Assembly (NCBI GenBank): GCA_965644495.1
Contig: CBFFSA010000001.1
Coordinates: forward strand, 558,001-622,000
DNA from: Perkinsela sp. CCAP 1560/9
Lineage: Eukaryota > Protista > Euglenozoa: Kinetoplastea
DNA length: 64,000 nucleotides
Reading direction: 5' to 3'
Both the position numbers and the translations under genes were made by a program. Below the pieces are notes generated by a model. That model had not been told where the DNA came from, did no database searches, and worked only from the letters and a program-made list of their open reading frames with translations. Positions 51,407 through 62,289 of this stretch are shown in pieces (the first letter of the stretch is position 1; every line of letters starts with the position of its first letter).

Positions 51407-54190
51407 CTACGTTGTAGATTGCGGACGTAGAGGGTGGTTTTGAGGAATCTCACTTGGGGTCGTATTCACCTCTTCAAAGCCTTCTTGACGAAAAGGCCGT
51501 GCCCCAAGCACACGAATAATATCATCGCGAGTGAGAAGTTCGTACGTTAAAAGGTGTTGCGCAATCTCCTCTGTTTGCTTTTCGTGCTCGCGGACGATCT
51601 TCATGGTCTTCTGGAACGCTCGGTCTACCAATTCTTTGGCCTCTGCATCCAGTTTTTGTGCCGTCTCATCGGAGTATCTCTTGGCCGATATCATATCGTC
51701 CTGACCGGGAGGGCGAAGACTGGTAGAGGACAGCCCCGGAACCCGTCCGTACAGCCCAACCAGGGCATAGGCGAGACGATACACCTTTGTGAGATCATCC
51801 TGAGCACCGGTCGAGAGATGGTTAAAAAACACAAGCTCTGCCACACGGCCTCCCAAGCACACGCAAAGGTCGTCGTACATCTCTTTTTCCGTCTGCAGGC
51901 TGTGCTCCGTGGGGAGATACTGCGCGTAGCCCAGCGCCTTCCCACCTCGCGGAACAATGGAAACCTTCATCAGGGGATCGGCACGCTCCAGAAACCACCC
52001 GACTACGGCGTGACCGGCTTCGTGATGGGCCACCACACGACGTTCAAACGCGGACAAAACCTGGGCGCGCTTCTCAATTCCAGCCAGGACCCGGTCCGCG
52101 GCCTTTTCCAGGCAAATCAGATCGATAAAACACATCGAATGACGCGCAGCCAGAATCGCGGCCTCGTTACAAACGTTGCGAATATCCGCCCCGGTGAATC
52201 CAGGACAAATCTGTGCCATACGCTTGGCAAAGTTTTCCACCACAGACATGTTATTTTTTATGATCGGACGCAATGATATGTTGGCAGAGACGAGATCAGG
52301 ATGAGGAGAGAGGGGATCCCTTTTCAGCACGGGGACAGTTACTGGGATTGGCTCCGTTACCTTTTCGGAATTCTCTGACAGTGCATCCTCTAGACGAGTC
52401 GGTTCAAACTTGTGCTCGCGTAATTTCGGCTTGTCATCGCCTTTTTTGGCTGATCCCGAGTTTGCATCCACAAGAGATTTTTCAGCACGCTCCCTTGTGA
52501 GTAATTCCTCTTTCTTGCGTTCCTCTTCTCGAAAAATAAAATCTGGATTAAGAGGATCCTGGTACGACAAACTCGGGACTAGATTCACCTTTTCCAAATA
52601 GTATGTAAAAAGCTCTTCGCGCTCCTTAATTAATGGCTTGTCAATGTTTACCATGCGATCAAGACGACCGGGACGTACCAGCGCGGGATCTAGAACACTT
52701 ACGGGCGCATTGGTGGAGGCGATCGTGATGACGTTAGCCTTGGAGTTGAACCCGTCCAAACAGGCAAGGAGTTGGTTTAGGGTGTGCTCTCTTTCCTGTC
52801 CTCCCCCACGTAAATCCCCGGTTCGCTTCATTCCGATCGCGTCCACTTCGTCGATGTACACAATACACGGAGCAAAGCGCTGAGCTTGCTCATAAAGTTT
52901 TCGTACGCGGAGTGCACCCATGCCAGCGTAGAGCTCCACGAAATCACTGCCGCAGCAGGCAATGAATTTAGCCTTGGCTTCACCCGCCATCGCTTTGGCC
53001 AGCAACGTCTTGCCCACACCAGGAGGACCGAGTAACAGTGCTCCGTTTGGAATCTTCGCGCCAAGCGCAAGAAACCGAGAAGGGTTACCTAGAAACTCAA
53101 CGAATTCGGACACTTCTCTTTTGGCCTCATACATCCCCACCACGTCGCGGAAACTCATTTGACTCGTAGCGGGCTGAAACTGAATCGAATTTTTAATGTC
53201 CATCATCTTATTTCCGGACCGGCTTCCGGAACCCCCGGGCGACATTCCCATGGGAGGCATCATCGGGCGCATATAGGAGCTCAGCAGCAAGGGGACATAC
53301 AGCAGCGGGACCACCCACACCAGTACACCCAGTGCAGTTACCCCCCACTCCGACCAGGAGGTGTACTTATATTTTGCTGTGATGCTCTCCCCGTGAGATT
53401 TCTGAGCCAATGGCAGCATGAATGTGTCAAAGTAACTCACATCGGGGATAGTGGTGTAGTAGAAAGACACGAACGCTCCTGGCTCGTACCACTGAACATA
53501 GGTGTTATACACCGTACAGCGATCGAAACGTAGTGGAGTGCTGTCGTGCTGGTTTCGCAGTACCTCCTCTAAGGATACGGCGTATCCCTTTGGGAGGCTA
53601 AAGTAGTAGAAAATTAAGGACAGAACGGCGAAACGAAGTAGCAGATTTCGCACCACTCGGTAAATATCATCGTTGTCTTCCTCTGCCTCTGGTTCTTGGG
53701 ATCTGTTGCTGTTTTTGTCCTGATCAGATTTCCCGGAATTTCCTGGAAGTTTGGGACCAGAAGTTTTCCGTATATGAATATTTCCAGCCGATTTCCCCAA
53801 GTGGCTTTGCGAAATAGAACCGAATACTTTCCATTGTGATCCGGAAAGACAGTCAGAAGAAATGTGAGATCTTTTTAGTGCTGTGCTAGTAGGTGAATGT
53901 TCGACAGCACATAAAGATGACTCCATGGGAGGATTGTCGCAACTTCGTAAATTTGTAGAACCAAGAGCAGAGGATTTTCGTACTTCATTGAAAAGCACCC
54001 GAAGATCTGATGAAAAAATATTTCCAATAAGTCCTCTTGCATCCGTGTTCGATAACAACTTGTTTCTCAACAACGATAATCTCAAGTGTAGTCCCGCTAC
54101 GTAGCTTCTCATATTAAATGTGCCACGCCTGGTAGGAAGAGCTTTGAAACAAAGTCGCACTACTGGAGCTCTTGCGCAATCACCAGTCAT
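51407..54190 (-). CDS. Mitochondrial m-AAA/FtsH-family zinc metalloprotease (AFG3L2/paraplegin-like)
   Basis: Two TM helices, GPPGVGKT, YIDEVD, RPGRLDR, HEAGH, GALGYAQY-like motif; insertion of about 110 aa in the AAA lid. Confidence 0.92.
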   Translation of the reverse strand: MTGDCARAPVVRLCFKALPTRRGTFNMRSYVAGLHLRLSLLRNKLLSNTDARGLIGNIFSSDLRVLFNEVRKSSALGSTNLRSCDNPPMESSLCAVEHSPTSTALKRSHISSDCLSGSQWKVFGSISQSHLGKSAGNIHIRKTSGPKLPGNSGKSDQDKNSNRSQEPEAEEDNDDIYRVVRNLLLRFAVLSLIFYYFSLPKGYAVSLEEVLRNQHDSTPLRFDRCTVYNTYVQWYEPGAFVSFYYTTIPDVSYFDTFMLPLAQKSHGESITAKYKYTSWSEWGVTALGVLVWVVPLLYVPLLLSSYMRPMMPPMGMSPGGSGSRSGNKMMDIKNSIQFQPATSQMSFRDVVGMYEAKREVSEFVEFLGNPSRFLALGAKIPNGALLLGPPGVGKTLLAKAMAGEAKAKFIACCGSDFVELYAGMGALRVRKLYEQAQRFAPCIVYIDEVDAIGMKRTGDLRGGGQEREHTLNQLLACLDGFNSKANVITIASTNAPVSVLDPALVRPGRLDRMVNIDKPLIKEREELFTYYLEKVNLVPSLSYQDPLNPDFIFREEERKKEELLTRERAEKSLVDANSGSAKKGDDKPKLREHKFEPTRLEDALSENSEKVTEPIPVTVPVLKRDPLSPHPDLVSANISLRPIIKNNMSVVENFAKRMAQICPGFTGADIRNVCNEAAILAARHSMCFIDLICLEKAADRVLAGIEKRAQVLSAFERRVVAHHEAGHAVVGWFLERADPLMKVSIVPRGGKALGYAQYLPTEHSLQTEKEMYDDLCVCLGGRVAELVFFNHLSTGAQDDLTKVYRLAYALVGLYGRVPGLSSTSLRPPGQDDMISAKRYSDETAQKLDAEAKELVDRAFQKTMKIVREHEKQTEEIAQHLLTYELLTRDDIIRVLGARPFRQEGFEEVNTTPSEIPQNHPLRPQSTT

Positions 54191-54438
54191 ACTGTTTCAA
54201 TTAGAAATTAGAAGAAATTGATAAAAATCTCTAACCTATCGATTCCAAATGTTCAGACACAACATGTAATTGCTATCATATTTTTTTTACAAATACTGAA
54301 AACCTTTAACTTTGTTTTATTCTTTTCCATGCAAACTAACTGTCATAAACTTCTCAGTAACTAAACTTCCTCTTTCCTAAATTTCAATCTTGTACGTCTC
54401 CTATACAACTTTAGGACTTCACCCGCCACATTCCCCAT

Positions 54439-54942
54439 TTAATGAATCGGCTTCGATGTGGGCTTCTTCACTACTTCCCGGGGCTTCTCGGCGAACATCT
54501 CGATATGACACGGGCTACACATGTAGGGGCCAATGCGTCCATGGGCACGGTACGTCCGACGTCGCTGCTTCATCGCACGGTGTACTGCAATATGTGAGAT
54601 CACTAAGTCACCCGAGGTAAGGCCCTTGTGGTTCGCGTTAGCACGAAGATTGCGTAAAAGTTCCAGGAGTGCATTGACGGATTTAATCGGCCATCGTCCC
54701 TTGGTCGTCTTCCACTCCTTGGCTTGCGCGGTACGACCGGTGTGTTTGCTGTGTCGGAAGAAAGGCACACAGCGCTTTCGGGACAGCACGTCTTTGAGGT
54801 AACGGCTGGCTTTGCGAAGAGAGAGGCCTCGTAGGACGTGGGCGGCGTTTCGGGTGTTTTTGTAGTGCACACGGAGATCCGACGCCTTCGCCTTCACCGA
54901 GAGCTCCTCATCCGCAGGTTTACGTGAGTAGTTCACCACCAT
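54439..54942 (-). CDS. RPL17: 60S ribosomal protein L17 (uL22)
   Basis: DLRVHYKNT, GRTAQAK, GRWP, RRTYRAHGRI. Confidence 0.97.
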   Translation of the reverse strand: MVVNYSRKPADEELSVKAKASDLRVHYKNTRNAAHVLRGLSLRKASRYLKDVLSRKRCVPFFRHSKHTGRTAQAKEWKTTKGRWPIKSVNALLELLRNLRANANHKGLTSGDLVISHIAVHRAMKQRRRTYRAHGRIGPYMCSPCHIEMFAEKPREVVKKPTSKPIH

Positions 54943-55138
54943 TACGAATAAAAAAGGTTATACACGTAAAACGAAAAAAAGAATGTTTAAGATGTGAAAT
55001 GAAAAAATCGTTTAATTAAATCTAGTGTGCTAACCGTACACAAGAAAATAACAAGAACACGAAAACCATCGAGATTGAAAAGGATGAAAAAGGCAAGAGA
55101 ATAAACAAGATGATTTTTTTCGTAGGAAATTACTGTAT

Positions 55139-55822
55139 TTATACACAGTGTAACAATTGCTCCTCTATAACGGGAATCTCATTATCGTCATCCCTACATG
55201 ATTCGGTAAAGTATTCGGCATGTCCCGTAAGGTTCACACTATTGGCGACATCACGTAATATTTCAAACAATAGGTTTGACGACCCACTGCAGGATTTCGC
55301 ATCCGAAACTGAAGTCCGTTGTGACAGCTGAGGTTCATCAGCACGCGAACAATTGTGTAGCCATAAACGAATGATATTATCATGTAACACTCTCTCTAGA
55401 CTAACTCCTAGAATATATTTTGTAAACCTATGCACATATGCAAGGTAGCGGCATAGTTTGCAGAATGTTAGGGTAACGTCTTGCACGTTACCCCTCACAT
55501 GAATCTTCCACAACCCGCTTTCCCCAGTTTCACCGTTGTTTTTTAGATTTAGGCTCTGCAAGAAAGCCAGAGAAGAGTTTGGTTGTAGGATCAGAGAGGG
55601 TATTGTGCATGGTAAGGGAGGAAAGCTCACGTTACAGGTCTCGTGTATTAATAAGGATGAGTAATCTTTGTCACACCTTTTTGTGGAAACGGTATAATAA
55701 AATTTCCACACATTTGGAGATGTACGATAGCCAGATAGAATTGCTTTTTGTTCGGTAAGTCGATCGTCCGTTTGATGTGGGTTCGGATGGAAAGAAGACG
55801 CTAACGGATTTAATTTGCCCAT
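55139..55822 (-). CDS. Divergent eIF4E-like protein with an N-terminal PAM2 motif
   Basis: LNPLASSFHP (PAM2), then WKFYY, SGLWKIHV and ILGVSL...NIIRLW in eIF4E order. ATG at 55822. Confidence 0.6.
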   Translation of the reverse strand: MGKLNPLASSFHPNPHQTDDRLTEQKAILSGYRTSPNVWKFYYTVSTKRCDKDYSSLLIHETCNVSFPPLPCTIPSLILQPNSSLAFLQSLNLKNNGETGESGLWKIHVRGNVQDVTLTFCKLCRYLAYVHRFTKYILGVSLERVLHDNIIRLWLHNCSRADEPQLSQRTSVSDAKSCSGSSNLLFEILRDVANSVNLTGHAEYFTESCRDDDNEIPVIEEQLLHCV

Positions 55823-56190
55823 TTTTGAAAGTCCAAAATTATGTTTACAGTAAAAGTTCAAACCGTTTAGAGTAGGTGAAAAAAATGGCACGAACAAACA
55901 TTTCCAAAGAATTCAACGCTTGCCACGTGGATGTACAGGTCGCTTACGAATGGTATCGTAATTGTATTTCCTAACGAAATTTATATGAAAGTTTGTTAAA
56001 ACTAGTTAAACTACATGCTCCGGATATGATACCTACCAGTAGTATACCACGTGGTACAGCAAACAAAAAAGGTAAACCATTTTCATCCGTCTTTCAGATG
56101 GCATAAGATTGATATATCAATGTAAAGTACTTTGAAGCATATTACGAATGCGAGCCACACGACAGCAAAAAAAACGTCAAGGCGTTCGTA

Positions 56191-56940
56191 CTACTTTCGC
56201 TTTGTAACATTTGTCCCACCCGTCGTAAGAAATAAATTTTCGGGTAGAAGTGAGGTTTCGATATCACCATAGAGACACTGGTTATGATCCAAATGTAGAG
56301 ATTCTAGACGTGATGGAAGTGAGTCCAATTTGATAAGACCAGAAAAACAATTGAAAGACAAATCCAGAGATTGCAGTCTTGAACAGGAAGAAAGCAACTC
56401 AAAATTTGGCGCCCCTCTCAAGTGGTTTCGACTCAAATCGAGGTGAGTTAACGTTTGCGGTAAAAACGAAAAATCAATTTCACCGCTAAATAAATTCCTC
56501 AAAAGGTACACTCGTTGCATTGCTGGAGGAAGACAATCCAAATGTACAGATCCGGAGAAATTATTTGAATCTAAATTCAGAAGCACGAGAGAGGTGGGTG
56601 AAGTGTCAATATCCATCTCACCACTGAGTTGGTTGTAATCTAGCATAAAACGTGGTAAAATCTGTGGCAAATAACGGAAATGCAATCGTCCGGAGAGTTT
56701 ATATGACGACCAAGAGATTCCCAACAAAGTCTCTTTGCGACATATTACGCCCTTCCACTTACAACCTGGGATGCCAATTTCCCAGGTGGGATGTGGATTA
56801 ACGATATCTTGGGTGAGTCGCGCAAAATCGTATTCTAGTGGGAGATTAGCGCCACGAACTTTTGATGGGCCGGCAGATGGATCTGCGCCTTGCAGAGCCA
56901 AAGCTATGAACACATACGTTAAACCAATGGCAAATGGCAT
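56191..56940 (-). CDS. Short leucine-rich repeat protein (family copy 5) with a signal-peptide-like N-terminus
   Basis: MPFAIGLTYVFIALALQGAD...KVRGANLPLE, CKWKGVIC cap, LRRs. Confidence 0.9.
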   Translation of the reverse strand: MPFAIGLTYVFIALALQGADPSAGPSKVRGANLPLEYDFARLTQDIVNPHPTWEIGIPGCKWKGVICRKETLLGISWSSYKLSGRLHFRYLPQILPRFMLDYNQLSGEMDIDTSPTSLVLLNLDSNNFSGSVHLDCLPPAMQRVYLLRNLFSGEIDFSFLPQTLTHLDLSRNHLRGAPNFELLSSCSRLQSLDLSFNCFSGLIKLDSLPSRLESLHLDHNQCLYGDIETSLLPENLFLTTGGTNVTKRK

Positions 56941-57286
56941 GAAATAATAGGTATCTAACGGACACAACAGTATCTCAAAAGCGTACACAGTCCATGTTTG
57001 CTTTCAAACTCCCATTTCTTAATATTTCATATTTTCATACGCCCTCCTGCATGAATTGTACGGATATGTTTACATTATAGCGTCTACATGGATTTTAATC
57101 TGTGTAAAGCAAGGACAAATGTACTTTGGAAATTCAAAAGATGAAGATCACTTCACACTTCACCTCAGACGAAGACAATGTTCTGTATTGCTCGCCGGAC
57201 CTCACCGGCGACACTGTAGTAAAATACTGTAAGAATTTTACCTGCTGTAGGCAATGGTTTAAAATTATGTTTTTTGAAATGAATCT

Positions 57287-57739
57287 CTAAAAGTCTTGTA
57301 GACAGGCTTTAAAACTAGCAAACTCGTTTTGTCGCAAGAACCATAGACTATAGATAGCATCCAATCCTTTCATTAATATCCTTCCCTCCGATGTTGTTGA
57401 CCAAGGTAGAAGGGGAGATTGTGAGCTCTCCTTCAATTCGAGCTTGAAAATAGAAATTTTATGCAAATTTGTTCGGTTTAATAAGATCAGTGACAAGGCA
57501 GATGAGTCTGTAGTCGTTAAAAACATACATCCCTGTATTCCAGTGTTTTCCCAACGTTTGAATTCAGCAAAATATTTGTATAACGTGACATGAGTAGAGG
57601 TTTGTAAAACACGATTTACGTCCCCCATAACCGTTCTAATGTACTTTAAATTTAGTTCGGAAGCCGCAGAAGTGATGCCGAAAGGATCACTTGAGTTCGT
57701 CTTCATGTATTGTAAACCTTCTTCGTTATAGTCTTGCAT
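57287..57739 (-). CDS. DCP1: mRNA decapping activator DCP1-like (EVH1 domain)
   Basis: LNLKYIR...RVLQTSTHVTLYKY...WENTGIQGCMF...LILLNR...IYSLWF matches the Dcp1 consensus. Confidence 0.75.
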   Translation of the reverse strand: MQDYNEEGLQYMKTNSSDPFGITSAASELNLKYIRTVMGDVNRVLQTSTHVTLYKYFAEFKRWENTGIQGCMFLTTTDSSALSLILLNRTNLHKISIFKLELKESSQSPLLPWSTTSEGRILMKGLDAIYSLWFLRQNEFASFKACLQDF

Positions 57740-58126
57740 TTTTTTATATTAGGCGGTTCCCATCGACTGCAGAAATTTTACCAAGTCAATACTTGACTTG
57801 GCGCATAAAAAATATGGAATATTTTTTTTGGAATAAACGTTTATATTTGTATGTGTTACGCACAAAGGTTATCTTTGAAAGAGACATGTACGTACCAGTC
57901 ATAATTCGTGATTAAATTAGTATTAAACAAACGTAAAAATTCGTACCGTAAATCAACCACGATTCGAAAGAAAAAAGTACGATTGAAAACGTCATATTGA
58001 ACACACAATCATGTGCTTGAAAACGCGGAGCAAAATGTTTCTTTGACTAGATGAACCCGGAGTATCATGCGACTGTCATCTAATCGTGAGCATCAAACCG
58101 AAACCGATTTCATAGAAGGTTCCATA

Positions 58127-60655
58127 TCACCACGAAAGTGCATGTCGACCGCTGTTTCTACCCTTCCCTTTTGCATGATGACGTGACTTGAGCCGACGTC
58201 GGAATTCACAGGCTTTCCCTCGAGCTGTTTTCACCAGTGACCACAGCCGATCCTCACACATAAGACAACCGGTAAGAGCCCCACCATGGAGGTTGTGTTC
58301 CTCTGTACCTTTGTGAAAGGTAAACTGTACATGATTCGCTCCGCACTCGGTACACGTGTGTGTGCCGCCCGGTTTGTGTAGATCCACGCGATAGACCACA
58401 GGCTCAATTTTCCACAACGAGGTGCAGAGATTGCAACAGAATTTCCATTTCGGTGCCGAGGAGGGATCCAGGATCATCGTGCCACGCTCACAGGTGTCAC
58501 ATGGAGCCACACCGAGCGTCGTGGCCGAGTACGCACACGTCGGATGACGACACTGATTACATCCCATATTCGATGCGGTGGAGCCCTTTTCGGTGAACGG
58601 GGGGTTATTGTAGCAGTAGGGACATAAGGGGTAACTTTTGCCCTCTTTTACACTAAAGAGCAAAAGCCCGAACTCGTCCAGCGGACATTTCGCCCCACCA
58701 AACTCTTTAATGCTCCCATTCTGTGGTAGAGCGTAGGTTACGTTACATTTACCACAGAACAGCCTTTGAGGGCGAAAGTGAATATAGCGCATGTAGGTTT
58801 GACATAAGCCACAGCGAGTGATGTATTTGCCCGTCGTGGACACGGGGTCGAACTTGCTCTGCATCAAAGCATCCATTCGCTCTACGTTAGCCTGGAAAAA
58901 GACAAACTTTTCCAAAAAGTTTGAGAGGACATGTGCGATAATCTCCTCCTTCGCCGCGGTACCATTCGCGATGCGCTCTACCTGTACTTCGACATGAGAC
59001 CGCACTTTCGGGAGCGCCAACTCTGGATCAATACACTGATAGCCATGAATCAGTGTCACCCCTAACGGGGTAGGTTCCATTGTACGACGAGGACCAATTC
59101 TACAATAATTTCGATCACATAAATTTTGAATATGCGACGGAATCGAGGCATCGGTGCCTATCCCATTTTTTTCCATGAGCGTCACCAAATCCGACTCAGT
59201 AAGGTACGACGCAGGGGACGTGGTTCCCTGGACCACCACACATTTCTCTACATGAAGTTCCTGTTCCCTATCCAGCGCGCAGGGGCTTACCCTTGTATTT
59301 CCCGCATTTTCCCCCAGCACGGCAGTCCATCCTGAATCCCCGATCGACCTCCATGTTTTTACAAAAACCTCCGGGCCGTACTTCAGCTGTGAGCGCGTGA
59401 CCTCATACGTCGCATGGGGGGAGAGACTGGCAATAAAGTGTCGGGTGACGTACTCATAAATACGCCAGCGATCCCCCTGGAGGGTTTCCGGGGAGGCTAC
59501 CCGCATTGGGGTAATCGGGGGATGATCCCCTTTATCTACCCCACCACCTCGTGCCACGACCTTGTCCGCAGAAAGGAGATTGGTCGCAAACGAGCCCCAG
59601 AGAGGGGATCCGGATTGCTGCTCGAGTACCTCTGAAAGGTTAAACGAGGGGGGATAGCGTGTGGACTCGGTTCGAGGATAGCTGAGATAGCCCTCCATGT
59701 AGAGTGACTCCGCGAGTGCCATCGTAGTGGCGGGACTGAGGCCGAGCTCCCGAGAACACACCCGGAGAAGCTCTACCGTGTTGAGAGCGGGGGGACAGGA
59801 TTTACGTTCTCGGCTGCGATCGATGGATTTAACCTTGCAACGAGTCCCGGAACACATTTTTAAGAGTAACTGGGCCAGAGGCTCGTCGTAGACACGTCCA
59901 CGATTCCAACTGAAGGATGTCGTATCATTATGGAGGGTCACAGCGAGCTGCAGCTTCCAGTACCTTTCCTCTTTGAAATGGGTAATGTGGTCGTGTCGTT
60001 GTACGCAAAATCCCAGTGTAGGGGTTTGACAGGGGCCGTAGCTAATCACGGAGGCGTCCAAATTCCCGTACTTACCTTGAAAGAACTTTGTCTGAAACCT
60101 TGTAAAGGCGCAGCCGATTTTTAGATCTATTTCCTGTCGTGCCTCTACGCTGTTGGACATATTTTGATTGGGTCGTGACAGGGAGGAGAGAGCTGAGTGC
60201 AAAGCGTGGGATGTTATGGCAGAAAACCGAGCACGGTATATCCTGGAGGAATTTCGGATGTACTTCTCTACAATGGAGATAACTTCGAAACAAATATTTT
60301 CGCCTTCTTTGTCGCAGTCCAACCAAAGTACGAGATAGTCACAGTCACGGGCAGAGTGCGAAAGGTGATGCACAATGGAGCTAGAGGTTTCCTTCTTTAT
60401 TGTGGTTGCAGAGAATAGTGCTGTTTCATCCTGACCTTCCCATTTCTGATACTTTTGATGAAAATCAATCGAAAAAACGTGTCCCGCAACGCTCACCATG
60501 CGAAACTGCACAGTACGATTGAGTGGTGGAAAGTTCCCTTCCCATTCGTAGGTATTCCTCGATGACTTTACCGACCGCATTCGTTTGTGCGACAACAATT
60601 CTGAAATGGAAGAAGCCAGAGACGGCTTCTCCGCAACCATTAATACGCGTACCAT
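58127..60655 (-). CDS. TOP3B: DNA topoisomerase III beta
   Basis: VLMVAEKPS, WLDCDKEGENI, SYGPCQTPTL, SYPRTE, Cys-rich tail with PLCPYC. ATG at 60655. Confidence 0.95.
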   Translation of the reverse strand: MVRVLMVAEKPSLASSISELLSHKRMRSVKSSRNTYEWEGNFPPLNRTVQFRMVSVAGHVFSIDFHQKYQKWEGQDETALFSATTIKKETSSSIVHHLSHSARDCDYLVLWLDCDKEGENICFEVISIVEKYIRNSSRIYRARFSAITSHALHSALSSLSRPNQNMSNSVEARQEIDLKIGCAFTRFQTKFFQGKYGNLDASVISYGPCQTPTLGFCVQRHDHITHFKEERYWKLQLAVTLHNDTTSFSWNRGRVYDEPLAQLLLKMCSGTRCKVKSIDRSRERKSCPPALNTVELLRVCSRELGLSPATTMALAESLYMEGYLSYPRTESTRYPPSFNLSEVLEQQSGSPLWGSFATNLLSADKVVARGGGVDKGDHPPITPMRVASPETLQGDRWRIYEYVTRHFIASLSPHATYEVTRSQLKYGPEVFVKTWRSIGDSGWTAVLGENAGNTRVSPCALDREQELHVEKCVVVQGTTSPASYLTESDLVTLMEKNGIGTDASIPSHIQNLCDRNYCRIGPRRTMEPTPLGVTLIHGYQCIDPELALPKVRSHVEVQVERIANGTAAKEEIIAHVLSNFLEKFVFFQANVERMDALMQSKFDPVSTTGKYITRCGLCQTYMRYIHFRPQRLFCGKCNVTYALPQNGSIKEFGGAKCPLDEFGLLLFSVKEGKSYPLCPYCYNNPPFTEKGSTASNMGCNQCRHPTCAYSATTLGVAPCDTCERGTMILDPSSAPKWKFCCNLCTSLWKIEPVVYRVDLHKPGGTHTCTECGANHVQFTFHKGTEEHNLHGGALTGCLMCEDRLWSLVKTARGKACEFRRRLKSRHHAKGKGRNSGRHALSW

Positions 60656-60828
60656 CGAAGAAGATAAGGAAATATGATACAACGTATCTAAGCATGTAAC
60701 AAATAAATACGGGATCACGTTTTTAAAACAAAGTCCCACAAATTTAAGACAAAGAATCTTGTTAACAAAATGGATCAAACACCCCGAAGTAAAACTGAAG
60801 AACGGACAACTGCATGGTCGTTTCAAGA

Positions 60829-61839
60829 TTAGAAAGTAGAAAATGTTTGCCTTTGATGGCTTTTAGATTTTCGCACCGTCTCAAGGGCTTTCTTAAAATT
60901 GGACTCTTCTAGCACTAATTTGGAGAACTGTCCACTCTCCAACTTCTCGGCAATCATGTTGGAGCATGCCTCCACGGCGCATGCCTTCATATCCGCCCCA
61001 CTAAACCCATACATCTCTTCAGCTAGGCTCTGTAGATTCAACTTTGTGGTATTCTCCCCTCGAAGAAGTACGTTGAGAATACCTTCGCGATCGGATAACT
61101 CGGGCAATCCCACCGGAACTTGTATCGGCATCCGACGCAGGACTGCAGGGTCCAGAACCTGCGGCAGATTTGTCGCCCCAATAACAACTACACGTGCGTC
61201 CGAACCCACGAACCCATCCCAGTGCCGTAGAAAAATCGTCTTTGTGTTTCCATAAACCGCATTGCCCCCACTAGCATGACCCTCCATGCGATCGGAGAGC
61301 AATGCGTCCATCTCATCCACAAACAGAATCGTGGGCTGACACAGCCGTGCCAGGGAGAACAGCGCCGCACAGTTCAACTCGGACTCCCCGACCCATTTAC
61401 TAAACAACCCCTCGGCGCGTACCTCCATGAAGAACGCGTTGGCTCGTTTCGCGAGCGCCCGTGCGAGTAGTGTTTTCCCCGTACCCGGGGGACCGTATAA
61501 CAGAATCCCTTTCGGTGGTTGACGCAGTGAACCGGGCGGGAACAGCTCGGGGTGCTCAAATGGAAGCACCAGACTACGGTAGAGGGTCTGTTTCACGCTG
61601 ACAAGACCCCCAATGTCACTCCATGCGGTCGTAATCTCGCTCGGATCCACCGCACAGGTCTGTAAAATTTCTAACTCGGATGGGGAGAGCTGAAGTGTCT
61701 TGCCGCGAATGCTGACAGTGACTTTGGTTTTCACGACGCCCGTTTTTTGGAGGATTTTGTAGGTGAGGTACATACTCACGCCAAGAGATAAACCCGTGAC
61801 GAGGAGGTCGAGCTGCTTGCTGGTTTTATCCTCTGGCAT
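60829..61839 (-). CDS. MSP1: MSP1/ATAD1 membrane AAA dislocase
   Basis: N-terminal [40 protein letters not shown]. Confidence 0.85.
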   Translation of the reverse strand: MPEDKTSKQLDLLVTGLSLGVSMYLTYKILQKTGVVKTKVTVSIRGKTLQLSPSELEILQTCAVDPSEITTAWSDIGGLVSVKQTLYRSLVLPFEHPELFPPGSLRQPPKGILLYGPPGTGKTLLARALAKRANAFFMEVRAEGLFSKWVGESELNCAALFSLARLCQPTILFVDEMDALLSDRMEGHASGGNAVYGNTKTIFLRHWDGFVGSDARVVVIGATNLPQVLDPAVLRRMPIQVPVGLPELSDREGILNVLLRGENTTKLNLQSLAEEMYGFSGADMKACAVEACSNMIAEKLESGQFSKLVLEESNFKKALETVRKSKSHQRQTFSTF

Positions 61840-62016
61840 TTGAAGGCTTCGTTGCAGATTTGTAAATTACACGTGGTGCTAGATTCAAAACGGTGTATTA
61901 CTCGCGAATGTCACGCAATAAATGTGGACGCTATCCGATGTGGACATGAAGGTAATGATAAAGATTAGTCGACGGCAGGGGAAGACACAATGTTCGAAAT
62001 TTAATCCAAGAGCACT

Positions 62017-62041
62017 CTATTAGATTAATTTAATCTAATAG
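62017..62041. repeat. Perfect 12-bp AT-rich inverted repeat
   Basis: CTATTAGATTAA-T-TTAATCTAATAG. Confidence 0.85.
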
Positions 62042-62289
62042 ATTTAATCTGATTAAATTCAGTGGCCAGATATCGCTACACACTACTAACGAGGAACTAT
62101 TAAAATATAATTAAAAAGTGGAAATCCGTCGCTAATGTATAAGACGGGATGCGGGTCACGGGTAAGCTAAATTTTACAAGTTTGGCAGACCTTTACCGTC
62201 ACCTTCGTAAAATACAAGAAGCTAAAAGGTTCAGGATTGATAAATATGCATTATAGCACTAAAGCTCCCATTCTTCGTCTAAGAGCAGA

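Noticed and set aside
60656-60826. N-terminal extensions from TTG/GTG starts in the ORF track (TOP3B, AST, NAP, eIF4E-like and others)
   Set aside because: They translate pyrimidine-rich spacer sequence; homology begins at the downstream ATG.
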